Shown: positions 13,173 to 26,302 of the stretch, one piece after another
Numbering within the stretch: position 1 is the stretch's first letter
Layout of the letters: each line of letters opens with the position of its first letter
NCBI RefSeq assembly: GCF_006345805.1
Contig: NC_042998.1
Coordinates: 199,516,001 to 199,580,000 of the forward strand
Direction: 5' to 3'
Source: Octopus sinensis
Lineage: Eukaryota
Length of the DNA: 64,000 bases
Made by a program: the position numbers and the translations under genes
The notes under the pieces: model-generated
What the model was told of the DNA's origin: nothing
What the model saw: the letters and a program-made list of their open reading frames with translations, nothing else
Databases searched by the model: none

Positions 13173-13555
13173 GGGAGGCGCAATGGCCCAGTGGTTAGGG
13201 CAGCGGACTCGCGGTCGTAGGATCGCGGTTTCGATTCCCAGACCGGGCGTTGTGAGTGTTTATTGAGCGAAAACACCTAAAGCTCCACGAGGCTCCGGCA
13301 GGGGATGGTGGTGATCCCTGCTGTACTCTTTCACCACAACTTTCTCTCACTCTTACTTCCTGTTTCTGTTGTACCTGTATTTCAAAGGGCCGGCCTTGTC
13401 ACTCTCTGTGTCACGCTAAATATCCCCGAGAACTACGTTAAGGGTACACATGTCTGTGGAGTGCTCAGCCACTTACACGTTAATTTCACGAGCAGGCTGT
13501 TCCATTGATTCGGATCAACCGGAACCCTCGTCGTCGTAACCGACGGAGTGCTTCC
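13173..13555 (+). mobile_element. SINE family C, full copy (head 1 plus tail 1)
   Basis: A box tggcccagtgg, B box ggtttcgattcc; related copies at 54222 and 61596. Confidence 0.92.
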
Positions 13556-14204
13556 ATGTAATAATTGGAATACTGAAAAGATGATGAATACGTTTCAGAT
13601 GGAAATTGTTAATGTAGGCTGCTTATAAATTATAGAGTGTATATTGTGTGTGTGTTCCTATCCACATACATAAACGTGTGCTTGAGCATAAGTCTAGGTG
13701 CAAATGTATATATATCGTCTTACATTGTGTAGTTAACACATCCCAAAGAATACAACAACTGAACGTGTCTGCGTGTCAAAGTGAACTTGGATATATACAT
13801 ACATGAGTATGTACACATAAAGATACACATGGATGTGTGTAGTCACACACACACATACACAGATCTATGAATATATTTATGCGCTTTTACTTTTGTGTGT
13901 GTGCCTATCTACATACGCGAATGTGTGTATAGGCATAGGTCTAAGTGCGAATGTATACATATAGGTATATATGTGGGAGCGGGTGAATATGAGTGTATGT
14001 ATATATAAGTGTATGTTGATATTATATATTAACACTATCAATACATGTGTGTACAATAGCCATAAAAAGACATTTAAATAACAAAGGGGACCGACCCACT
14101 CACGCAGGACGTACTGTGCCCGGTACAGCCGCAGGGGTCTGTTGACTGTTTTGCCACTAACGTGACTCGTTGGATGTTTATCATTGAGTTTAATGACATC
14201 TACT

Positions 14205-14330
14205 TAACTCAGTGATTAGAGCGTCGGACCCACAATCATGAGATAGCGAGTTCGATTACCATACCGAGTGGAGTATGGTGTTCCGCGTTTTTCGATGAAA
14301 ACATTTTCTTTATTTAAACGTTCTTGTATA
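14205..14330 (+). mobile_element. Degenerate tRNA-derived SINE head
   Basis: ctcagtgattagagcgtcggac...gagttcgattacc. Confidence 0.5.
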
Positions 14331-14379
14331 GAAATTGTATATTTGCAGTGGTTAAAGGGGAAAACAGAGAAATTTAGTT

Positions 14380-15391
14380 TGATGTTACCGGCACATTTCT
14401 ATGTGTTCAGTCAAAGGAATCTGTCTGTATTGCGGGAATCGGATCTGCTCTTTATGCATAGTGGTTCTCCGTTTCAATGTCACATTCGTCTGCCCTATAT
14501 AGTGATGTCCACCCCTCTAGCAGGTTATTATATAAATTATGTTCCCAGAGGCACAAAGGAAGTTGGTTTTAATTGTGAACCGCTCTCCTTGTTTGAAAAG
14601 GAAATCCGAGCGTTCAAGTAGGTTGGGGCATGTTCCACACTTTGGGTGTCGACATTTTTTAACCGTTGGTTTCGTGGTTGTTATGTAAAGCTTCGCATTT
14701 GTTAGAAGTCCCTTTAGCGATTTGTGTTGCTTTTTGCATTTGCTGAGTTTATGCGCTTTCGGGATGTTGTTCATTTTTGGGTCTTTCCTTAGTAAAGGAA
14801 GATTTTGCACAATAGTGCTGTATGCCTAATTGTTTCTAGGGTTGTGAGTTGATATATACGGTAGTGTTTTGAGATGAAGTGTGGTGTTATGTTTTGTTGT
14901 CATTAGTGTTTTTATATCTAATTTCTTGGCACGCTTAAGTCTATCGTCGATAAGTGAGGATAGATATTGTCTTTCAGTTAATGTTGTTCTGAGGTCTTGA
15001 AGACGAAGATCCCAAGTAATTCTATCAGACACTATTGTGAAAATCCTTTTTGCCAAATTAAAGGGGATATTTATTTTGATGTTTCGAGAGTCATGAGCTA
15101 AAAAGGAAATATTGCTTCAAGTCCGTTGGTTTATGATAGATGCCAGTTATAATTTGCTGCTGACTTTTTTATCGTAATATCCCTTAAATCATTTAGTGTT
15201 GATTTGAATTCTAAAGGTTTGTGAATGGTATCCTTCCACATGATAAAACAGTCAACCAGGTATCTTTTCCAATTTTCTCTTATGTAATGGTGAAATGGAT
15301 AACTATATTTTTGCAGTAACGCTTCATATATGGTGAATTTAAAATAACCCATTATCAGGTTCGCAAGAAGAGGAGCTGCTTTCGTCCCCCC
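14380..15391 (-). mobile_element. Penelope-like retroelement fragment (RT end, linker, GIY-YIG endonuclease), disrupted
   Basis: GTKAAPLLANLIMGY; WKRYLVDCFIMW; LPYISTHNP; CRHPKCGTC; FLCASGNIIYIITC; HYIGQT. Confidence 0.92.
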
Positions 15392-15409
15392 TATATATAT
15401 ATATATATA

Positions 15410-15807
15410 CTAGCAGTATCACCCGGCGTTGCTCGGGTTTGTAAGGGAAATAACTATATAAGCATTTTTAGAGATGTAAAGTATAATAGCCATCTCAATA
15501 TGGCTAACCACAAAGGGGGGGTGTTACTGTAGCTTTTTACGTTCTGAGATTTAATAATACATTTTTAGAGAGTTACTTCCCTTATATAAACCGAGCGAAA
15601 ATGCATTAAAAATACGGAAAAATTATGGTAATTTTTTTTTAAATCGTAGACTCATCGTAAACGCGCGCTAATACCCAGAAGGGCTCGATATGAATCACGA
15701 CTATAAGATACCCGGTTAAACTGGTTAAACTGCACCGCAAAATGTGGGAGTAGTTAGGAATCTAAATCGTAGGAGACAGACACACAACCTTATTTTATAT
15801 ATAAAGA
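15410..15807 (-). mobile_element. Non-autonomous Helitron, copy 1
   Basis: Minus strand: A|TC start, cccgagcaacgccggg subterminal hairpin, CTAG|T end; flanked by (TA)n; homologous to 18598-18994. Confidence 0.85.
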
Positions 15808-16699
15808 TATATATATATATATATATATATACATTAGCAAACGCACTCGTCCTTCGAACGGTTTGAATTGCTTTGGTGGTATTTTTTCCCCAAATAATTG
15901 AACTACCGAGAATGTTTATGAGAAGCACGGCAATCTATGTTTCCGATTAACCTACGAACAGAAAGCCAAATTCCAGACTGGTTATTGTGGAGGTCGTTAT
16001 CATAGAACATATAAGTTTGCAAGCGATACAAACTAGAGCTATTTTGCGAGTACGGATACTAACTACAAAATATTGTTGTTTTACATGAAAGCGAAATTTC
16101 TTGTCAGAGTCAGCAACATAAATGGTGTGAGGAAATTAAAGGAAGACGTTGGAAACTCCCATCTGCCCGTTTATTCTATTCAACAGCAAAGGGAGCTATT
16201 TTTTCGGAGGGAAGTGTGATTGGTACGTTACAAAATGGCAATATAATACCTACTTCAAAAAAAGTAGAGTTAAAGGAATGTATTTGCTACATGCTTGCAA
16301 TGCACGACCACTCTGAAATTAACTTCAGGTAACGATAAATGAAGACATGAAGAGTTTGGGCTTCAGTTCACGAATACTGCTTTGAATCTTTAGTAGTTGG
16401 CAATGAAAAGATGTCGCGTTGAAAGGCAAGCAGATAATTGTGAATTTATACTGACGGTAAAAGTAAGCAGGATGCACGTATATATGTATTCAAAATAGCC
16501 AGCATAAATCTTATTGTGAGCAGAGAGTTTTCTTAGAGTTGTTCACTTGCAGATAACGAACGACAGTCACTGATTAGCTATTCCGAAGGAATAAAAAGGA
16601 TCATGTCCGCCGGTAAGGCACAATTAAAATTGGAGAATGATTGCATTGTATTCGAGTTTTTAGCCATGCAGACCAAAGTCAGAAAGTTGCCTAGTCCAC

Positions 16700-16850
16700 A
16701 CCACGTGGATTAAAAATTTTATGGACCATCCCACGCCATCCCGGTGTGGCTTCATCGGGACAGCAGAGCAGAACTGCAATTTCTCGGTTCTCTCCGATAG
16801 GCGTTCGGTCACTTCTTATGATAACTTTGAAGTTGGGCTCGTCTGTATGT
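16700..16850 (-). pseudogene. Possible Helitron Rep/helicase fragment
   Basis: PNFKVIIRSDRTPIGENREIAVLL resembles, from memory, the Helitron-type (Y/F)KVVIRAD-x-P-x-GEH...NEVA motif. Confidence 0.4.
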
Positions 16851-16851
16851 C

Positions 16852-17363
16852 GGAGTGGTACGTTTTGAATTGTTACCACCTAATGCAACAATCAATGCTC
16901 AAGTCTACTGTCAACAATTAGAGCGTTTGAACCAAGCTTTGAAGAAAAAAGACCTACTTTAGTGAATCGAAAAGGAGTGATGTTTCATCAGAACAATACG
17001 CGACCCCACATTGCAAAGATCACAACACAGAAGATCGAAGAGCTTGGTTGGGAAAAGAATTCTTCATCCAACTTATTTCCGACCTTGCTCCTTCAGGATA
17101 CCATGTGTTTCGTGGTTTACAGAATCATTTGCGGGACATAACTTTCGCAAGCCAAAAGGAGATTGAAATTGACATTTCAGAGTTCTTTGCTTTGAAATCA
17201 AAAGAGTTTTACATTGATGGGATAAAATATTTGTAAATAGATAGAAGGAATTCATTGATAATCAGGGAAAGTACATTGATTATTAAATTTCAATTAAACA
17301 TAACATTTGATCACTTGTTTTCTTTATTCAAAATTCGGACAGAACTTATGGGATGACCTTCTA
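16852..17363 (+). mobile_element. Mariner transposase 3' half with right TIR, frameshifted
   Basis: GVVRFELLPPNATINAQVYCQQL; MFHQNNTRPH; YFPDLAPSGYHVFRGLQNHL; end motif cagaacttatgggatgacct. Confidence 0.9.
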
Positions 17364-17371
17364 CACACGAC

Positions 17372-17531
17372 ATGCTTCTTTCAATTTGTGTCTACCAAAT
17401 CCACTCACAAGGCTTTAATCGGTCCGAGGCTATAGAAGAAAACACTTGCCGAAGGTGCCACGCAGTGGGACTGAACCTGAAACCATGCGGCTGGGAAGCA
17501 AGCTTCTTACCACACAGCCACGCCTGCGCCT
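17372..17531 (-). mobile_element. SINE family A, 5' module only
   Basis: Matches 2205-2364; lacks the 3' module. Confidence 0.88.
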
Positions 17532-18597
17532 GTGTTCACATATATTTTAAAATTCTGCGCATTTTGAACCTTCAGTTAACCCTAATATGTAAGATAAGCA
17601 CAAAGGTTGAAAGAATTTCGAAACATGAAATGAGCCCAAATATTTGGGAATTCTTTTACAGATGTTTTCCGAGGAGAGTACCATCCCATCAGCAAAGACA
17701 TGCGTTTATAAAATTAGAGTAGCCAGAGAACAATTAATCTAAATTACTTTTGTTACATAATGCATCGATACAATGTTTTCACATCGTCTGCAGTTGCCAG
17801 TAATAAAGATCCCCTCCATACACACACATACACACACACATACACACACAAATAGACAGACACATACATACACAAACACACACAAACACACAAAACCAAC
17901 AAACCGAATCGAATTAACTTGCTTTATCTTAATGACATATATATAATAACAATCTTTGTTCGTAGTATGTATTATCACCAGAGTAATTCTCTCACTTAAA
18001 TGCTTTTCTTATTAAGATTAAAATCTAACATTACCTTAATTTGAATTATATTTTCTTATTTTCATATTCAGTTATATGCTTAAGTGTCAAGTTAATTTCA
18101 ATTTTGAAATTAGTTACAGTTACTAGGTTACGATACTTTAACTAGAAATTAAATTCGAGCATAGTCATATCTTTTAAATGTTTTTGTTCGAAATTGGTTC
18201 ATATTCCATCTATTTTTCTATGCAAGTAATATTGAGACGATTTAATTTAAAATTTCAATTATAATGTGAAACAACATTTCAAGGAAGATTTAGCTAAGCC
18301 GTTCAAACTTTTTCTTCCATAAACCATTTGATTTTCATATGGATGAACATTACATTCTTAAAGTTTCCAAAATAGAGGGTCCTACTTTTCAAAACATTAG
18401 GTTAAACATAATCTAATTATATTGTATTGATATATCTGACTCACATTATAATTGTCCGGATATTGATTGATATGCATATCTATTTACAAATATACATTGT
18501 GTTTATATGTATATATGCATACGTATTCATACATATATACTTATATATGTATTTACGTATGCAGGTTTGTATACGCATACATGCATATATATATATA

Positions 18598-18994
18598 CTA
18601 GCAGTATCGCCCGGCGTTGCTCGGGTTTGTAAGGGAAATAACTATATAAGCACTTTTAGAGAGTTATAGCCAAAAAATAGCAAAAAAATGCATTAAAAAT
18701 TGAAAAAAAATTAAGGTAATTTTTTTTAAAATCGTTGACACATCGTAGATATTTTTAGAGAGTTACTTCCCTTATATAATAACGAAAAATATGCATTAAA
18801 ATGGAAAAATATGATGGTAATTTTTTTTTAAATCGTAGACTCATCGTAGACGCGCGCTAATACCCAGAAGGGCTCGATATGAATCACGACTATAAGATAC
18901 CCGCTTTTGGTTAAACTACACCGCAAAATGTGGGAGTAGTTACGAATCTAAATCGTAGGAGACAGACACACAACTTCACTCTTATATATAAAGA
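18598..18994 (-). mobile_element. Non-autonomous Helitron, copy 2
   Basis: Same TC...hairpin-CTAG termini as copy 1; the internal segment differs. Confidence 0.85.
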
Positions 18995-19106
18995 TATAAG
19001 CCACGTAGTTATATACACATACTTTGTTATATACACATTCTTAAAAGAAAATGTTATTTTGAACACAACATTTACAAAGAATAAAATATTTTTTGGTTTC
19101 TCTTAA

Positions 19107-19929
19107 CCCTTTCGTTACTATATTTCTGACCAAAATACACCCCTTATATGTTTCAATTAATTTCTAACGTAATCATAAATTTAGTCTGGTTTCATTAAAC
19201 AACTATAACTTTTTTATTTATGAATATATTAATCTGATTTTTGGAAGATAATTTAGTGAAATGTTTTCAACCAATTCTATACTATAATTTTTGTCACAAA
19301 GTGACTCTAATTGCAGGTAGATACAGGTAAATTCAACAGTATATAAAATTATTAAAATTTTGTTCAAACATCGCTATAGAAAATGGGTTATTAGCTAATA
19401 TTCAATTGGGTATACAACAAAATTTTACGATAGAATTTGTTATTCTGGGTAACTTTCTAATACCCATAATAATATTTATGGCAAAATAGGCCTTAATTTC
19501 ATTTAAGGTTGTGGGAAATAACAAACTATCGTTTCTTTCGCTTTGTTTAGGTTGAGATCAAATACCACATGCTTTTTTTTTTCAGTCATAGAGTTAGATT
19601 TATGAAGGTCTTCAGTAGAAAATCCTTCGAATTCTGACTCGCTGCTTGATATAATGAAATTCGTATCCATTTTTTGTCAGAATTACAAATTTTGAAAACA
19701 CAATAGGAACAAATTTCGGAAAAAAATCTCCCATAATTCACGGAATTAAAATTACACTTCGATTTTTGTACAAAAGTGTAGTTGAACTGTTTACGAAGTA
19801 TAATACGTGTTTTCACGAATGTTCTAAAGAGATTTACTCTGATATTCTCATTTAAATATGAATAGGTAAATTCGGGCGGCTTAGTCACATTAACCAAAAT
19901 TTTTTTCGGGTGGTTTGGTAACGAAAGGG
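19107..19929. mobile_element. piggyBac-type MITE (823 bp)
   Basis: TTAA at 19103-19106 and 19930-19933; perfect 12-bp TIR CCCTTTCGTTAC. Confidence 0.9.
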
Positions 19930-20334
19930 TTAAACGGATGCATACATTTATTAATAACTATATATAAGTGTCGTCTGTTTATACATAAACACTGTTTCAT
20001 ACTGCAATTATATATACATATATCTATATATAATAATATATAATAAAATATATACAGAGTAAAATAAAAACCAATTTACCTTTTCTGTATTGTTATTCGA
20101 CCGTCCGTGTGTCTTTGCAAATGTGTTGGAATGATAAGTGAGTTGTGTTTTGGCGCCTTTTTTTACTAATAACAAACACACACGTGTTTGTATGTAGTTG
20201 TTTGAAACGTTTGTGTTTGCCACTCTCATATATGTATGTGTATGCGTGTGTGTGAGGAATGACACACACACACTCACGCACGCACACATGTACATCAATG
20301 CTTTTATGAGCGTCATAGAGAGAAACAAATATTA

Positions 20335-20436
20335 CATCGCCATCGCCATAGCCATCGCCATCGCCATAGCCATCGCCATCGCCATAGCCATCTCCATCGC
20401 CATAGCCATCGCCATCGCCATAGCCATCGCCATCGC
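20335..20436. repeat. (CATCGC/CATAGC)n hexamer repeat
   Basis: About 17 units alternating two variants. Confidence 0.95.
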
Positions 20437-20499
20437 ATTCTATTTTCTACCTGTCAACACACAGTGAATTAGTTTCATTTTATTCGTTGCCCACTGTGT

Positions 20500-20738
20500 G
20501 TGTGCGTTTGCGTGTGGTGTAAACCAGACTAAGAAAAGCATTTGACACACACACCAGAATGTGAGTTTTCTGTAAATTTTGCTTAATTGGAGTTTAAATT
20601 TTGAAAACTGGACCTGGCATGACGCGATGCATTGTACTCTTAAAAATGCTAGGTAAATTGTAATTGAAGAAATGCTATATTGTAGATTTGTATAACTCCC
20701 AAAGGGAGGCAGATAAAATCTGCCTTTTATAATAAGAG
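20500..20738 (-). mobile_element. Possible 5' fragment of a second Helitron-type family
   Basis: Minus strand starts a|tctcttattataaaaggcag at a (TA)n boundary; no 3' CTAG end found. Confidence 0.3.
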
Positions 20739-20764
20739 ATATATATATATAGGGAGAGTTTACG

Positions 20765-20918
20765 AAATAAACAATAGTCGAAGACAGGTGGTGTACAAAT
20801 CAAACAGATGTATTAGTATAACGCTCAGGAATAGAAAAAGTTTTTAGGTTTCGAGCCTACGCTCTTCTACAGAAAGGGACACAGAAAAAACAAGGAGAGA
20901 AAAAATGTGTGTAGTGGA
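20765..20918 (-). mobile_element. Penelope-type terminal-repeat-like fragment with a degenerate hammerhead motif
   Basis: Minus strand: ctgtaga-a-GAGC-gtag-GCTC-gaaac. Confidence 0.5.
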
Positions 20919-20984
20919 TATATGTATGTATGTATGTATGTATGCATGTATGTATGTATGTATGTATGTATGTATGTATGTATG

Positions 20985-23900
20985 ACTTTTCTTTGAGTTT
21001 GAATTAAGTTCTTCTTGAGAGAGTTCAAGCCTGTTGCTAACAAAGCTACATGACTTTTTGACTTAAGAGAGTTCCCCGTGTTTCTGAATATGTAGTTGAG
21101 TTGATGCGTTGGTTGAACTGTCGATGTATACACCCAAGTGTGTGCATCTATTCACATATGAATCTCACATGCATAGTTTCTGGAATGTCTTACAAATCTT
21201 CGCTTTGCCACTAACTGATTGGATTTGGATAATCCGTGTCAGTTTCAAAACGAATTTCGGTGAAACCAAGTGTTTCCAGGTTTTGTGCAAATTTGCTGGT
21301 ACATAACTTAACGCATCTATACAAATAAGTATTCATAGTCTGGGTATAAGAGCTGTATTTCCCTCATTAATTCGCCACAAATCCTCTCCTTTACCTGAAC
21401 TTTTGACAGTATATTCACTCCTGCTGGGTGGCTGACTCTACAACAGTGCACGACTTTTGTTCCCTGTCTCATTGAACAATATCGGGTCTATTATGTTTGC
21501 ACCGAATTGATGTTTTCATCGGGGTGTTGTACCAGTATCTCTTGTTTTTAAAGGTGGGAATACCTACCGGTCTGACATTTATTTTTCACAGCGTGGAGGT
21601 TTGGTGGTACCTTTGTCCCTGCTGATTATCAAGAATTTAGTAGCTATCTCCTGTTCCTGGATGGTGAAGGTATATCCTTCTAGGTTGTTTGTAATGCATC
21701 TATCGCATTGAATGCTGATGTTGCCCTCTACCTTACGGGATATGTACCCATGCATTACTTTTTGTTGGTAAAATGCTTATTTCTCCTCCAACTTTCTGTT
21801 TAGGTAGGCCAATCCAGCCTCCTTTGGATCGCATGACACAGTTGAATTCCCAGAGTAACGGCACAGTAGTTCTTCTACTAACTAAAGATGTTGTTGCTCT
21901 CACTTTTGAGTTTGAAAGGAATATACTAATTTTTTCTTTACTGTTCAGCAAGTGTTGTGTGAGTGATACAATACGACATCCAAAGGCTGTTGGGACTGAC
22001 TTTTTGCCTCTACCCTCATCACTTCGTCTTACCTAAATTCTCGCAGTGTCACTGTTTATGTGGAAGTTGCCAATGGTGGTCAATACCTTTCTGGTTTTGG
22101 CGTCTAGGCTCCGTATCTCATCGACTGTCCAGTCAGGTATCCCAAATGTTGGCATTAGCACTAGTACTGAAAAAGAATTGTGAGATGTGTTCTTGTTCAA
22201 TGCATATAGCTCTGAGTTCCATATTTTCTGAGTTCCATAGTTCAACAAAATAACTCTTTTTTTAATTCTAGCTTAAGTACAGCTTCAATGTATGCAACAT
22301 CCTTTTCGATTCTGAAGTATTTGTAGTTTTCCTTTTTAGAGATAGGGGAGATAGACAAGCAGTTGATGTACATGTTCTCTCCCTAGTCGACAAGTTTTCT
22401 GCAGTGTGAGCATTTATCTTGTCCGAACTCCATTCCTAAATCTCAAGAGAATGGTGTGATTAGTTCCAATTGCTCTCTTGATGTTGTTATTACCAGACTA
22501 TCATTTTAGCTCATCAACAAGAATGTGTGGGAAACGTTAACGTGATTCTTTTCTGCATATCCCAGCATGTAGCCATGACATTTTGTTAAATAGGCTAACA
22601 AAGAATTCACTGCCAGTCCATACAGGATTACAGATAAACTATCACCCTAGAACATACCTGTTAATAGCTTAATGTTGTTTGTGACAATAGATGTTATTTT
22701 AGTAGTTGTCAGTTTGTGGACGATGTTGCAGTCCGTCTTTCGATGGCATTCATTATAGCAGTTGGTAAATTGGCATGGTCTAGTGATTCTATCGTCAATC
22801 AGCGAAGCACAGAGTCGAACGACTTCTTAAAATCTAGCCATATCGCTACGAGATTATGGCGATGTTGCTTGGCTTCCTTAAAGAGAGCTTTGTTGAGGAG
22901 GAACTGTTCAGAACAGCCCCAGATCCCTTTCTTTCCTCTTGCTGGTTCATTGGTTATCACTTAATTTGTTCGGCAGTGATCTTGGAGTAACATATCCAAT
23001 CAGCCTGTATCAGTTTATACATAACATTTGGGCCTATGGATTTTGACCACATAGGGCTCTTTGTTTGGGGGGATGAAATTAGTCCCTGCTGGCGCCAACC
23101 AATCTGGTATATCTAGCTCAGTTGCCATTGTTTTTGTAAACAGCTTCGTAAGAACGGCCCCCCCCAAACCATCCCCCCCCCACAAAAACGTGAGCTTTTT
23201 GTACCAGTATCTTACTGTCAGTTCTCTCTCAGTTGATTTTCCATTCGGCAGTTTCATAATAACCGCCAGGAGTGTTTCATATATAACAGCGGGTGCTGTT
23301 ATATATATTGACATTTTTCAGGACGTTTAACCATGCTGCATCACGGTTGTGTTGTTTACCTGCATTCCATATTCTCCGCCACAATGACTCTAGGTCTTCC
23401 TGGGGAGGACCATTTACTAAACTGATGGTATTACCCTTCATGCTGTGATATACGTTTTGTGGGGTTCGGGCAAACCTTCGGTTTATTATTTACCGTTCGT
23501 ATAATTTTTTACAATATCGAAGGTTTTCACTTACCACTCAAAGATCGAGTTTGAAGGGGATAAGCTTTCCTGTGAATGTTTCTCGGTGACATTTCCCATA
23601 CAATATGGAGAAACTATTATGTAGTCGTAGGTAGTAATTCGTGAACTCATTTTTAGCCTTGCATTTGATGATAGTGTCCAACTGGTCAATCTGTTTCCTT
23701 AAGCTGTTCATGTTATTTTGGAGGAAGGTAATCCATTTTGGTTCTGTATTATCGTTTGGATTGATCTCCCTTACTCCCATATGTTGGTGCACAGCTACCG
23801 CGACAAATTATAGCAGGAAATTTATTTAAGAGATTAGGAATTATGTACATTATTTACATTATTTACATTCGGCGGATATTTGTCCTCATCTTGTTTGTTG

Positions 23901-24440
23901 TTAATTTTTGCTGTTGTAGAGGAAATTTATTGTTCAAAAGTTGGGAGTTCGCATTTGGGCTACTTCTGCTCCCACAATTTTGTCCATCACAGATAACATC
24001 AAGTCGGTATTGTTCTCTCATGCTGTGCCTTATGTGAATAAGAAGTGAAGTTCTGCTTGTACTACAAGATGAGATTGTAGTATCTTATATTTCTTCCTTG
24101 TTTTTGCGGTATCATAAGCAGTTGTCACATGTCTGTGTCGGATGGCGGTTTGTTATTGTTGTGTTCGTTCACAGTCTCTTTGTGGAAAAAATTTACTGTT
24201 TTGAATACGAATATTATCAGTTGTGCATTTTGGCTGAGTGATTTTGTAGCTTCCCGGCGTAATTGTCTGGCTGACAAATCTGAGAATATTAAGTAGCTCT
24301 TATACCAACATTCAAGTCTTCCATAGCCTTTCTGTTGAACTGGTATAGGTCTTCGATTAGTTCAAAAGTCCACCACAATTTTTCTCAAAAGTTTCGCGAT
24401 CTCCGATAGATGACGGCGGGTACTTTCGTCGTAATGGTGT
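20985..24440 (-). mobile_element. Near full-length decayed R4/Dong-type LINE (RT plus restriction-like endonuclease), interrupted at 23823-23906
   Basis: WYKKL...IPDWLAPAGTNFIPP; PTFGIPDWTVDEIRSLDAKTRKVLT...NFHINSD; LEGYTFTIQEQEIATKFL; KHNRPDIV; N-terminal EPKWITFLQNNMNSLRKQI and WWTFELIEDLY. Confidence 0.85.
23823..23906 (-). mobile_element. Fragment of the hammerhead-tail element inserted in the R4-type LINE
   Basis: Reverse complement of 56658-56705, and matches 54945-54985 (atttaagaga..ggaattatgtacattatttacatt). Confidence 0.8.
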
Positions 24441-24966
24441 ATGCATATAAATTTTCCACGTAGTTGGTATTTCACTGTATGCATTGGATTGTATATTACA
24501 GCAACGATCTTTCCGAAAAAGGTTGTTTCTTTGCATTTACGTAGAGAAAATAACCATTATTTTTACCAGGATTGCATCAATGACAAACACTATAGAGAAT
24601 AGTATTCATCATCCGGGACAACGAATAGCCTTCTATGCCCACGTGTTTGCGTTCGACGCCATGTTTTTTTTCATATATATGTATATGTATGTATGTGTGT
24701 GTGTATATGTACGTATGATTGTGTGTATCTATATGTAAATATGGTACACACACACACACACACACACACAGATATATATATATATAGATATATATATATA
24801 TTATTTAATAATTTTCATCTTATCATTGTAAAAAGTTTTTTTTATTTGATCTGAATGCATTTATTCTTTGAGTCATCACAGACAATACACATGAGAAAGC
24901 AGACAAAGTGAAACCTGTAAAGTTAATAAATACTTTAAAAACACTCCTCCATTTTCAGATTCTTTC

Positions 24967-25007
<41 letters not shown>

Positions 25008-25483
25008 TATATATTATATATATGTAAGAAGGTTTGAAAATGCAATGCTTGTTGACTTGACCGGTTTCACTTTTTTAGAAAAAGATTAGCAGAAGTAAAA
25101 TGTGAAGCTCTGTATAAGCATTGTTGTGTTGAGTACTGGTTGTCACAAAAGTATTCAAATGCAGATATACATTCTTTGATAATAATAACAAAATGTTAAA
25201 AACAGTTTTCAAGAATGGGACTACAATAAGTATTTTGAGTTCAATAAAAATCATGTTTGTTTGATATTATATATATAGAGAGCGAGAGATATTATTTAAT
25301 AATTTTCATCTAATTTTCATCTATTGTAAAAAGTTTTATTATCTGATCTAAATGTTTTTATGTAAAGTATTCTTTGAGTCATCACAGAGGACACACATGA
25401 CAAACCAGACTCAAACCAGACAGTGTTAAGTTAATAAATACTTTTAAAAAACTCCTGCATTTTCAGATTCTTTCCGTTATATA

Positions 25484-25531
<48 letters not shown>

Positions 25532-25829
25532 TATATATCGGTATGGGTGTGTGTGTATGTATATATAAAGCACACACACACAAATATATATCATATATAT
25601 ATGTATATATATGAAAAGTATATATAGGGAAGAATTCACAAAAAACATGCAAAAAAAAATATCCGGGTGGTGTGTGTGTATGTACGTGTACGTTCAGCGC
25701 ACGTTGGTACTGAGTATGTGTTTGTGTGTGTGTGTTTATAAATATGTGAGTATGGTTTAAGTAGTTTCCGGGTGTGTGTGTGCAAATTTATGTGTGTATA
25801 TACTTGTGAGTGTGTCTACGTGTCTTGTA

Positions 25830-26302
<473 letters not shown>

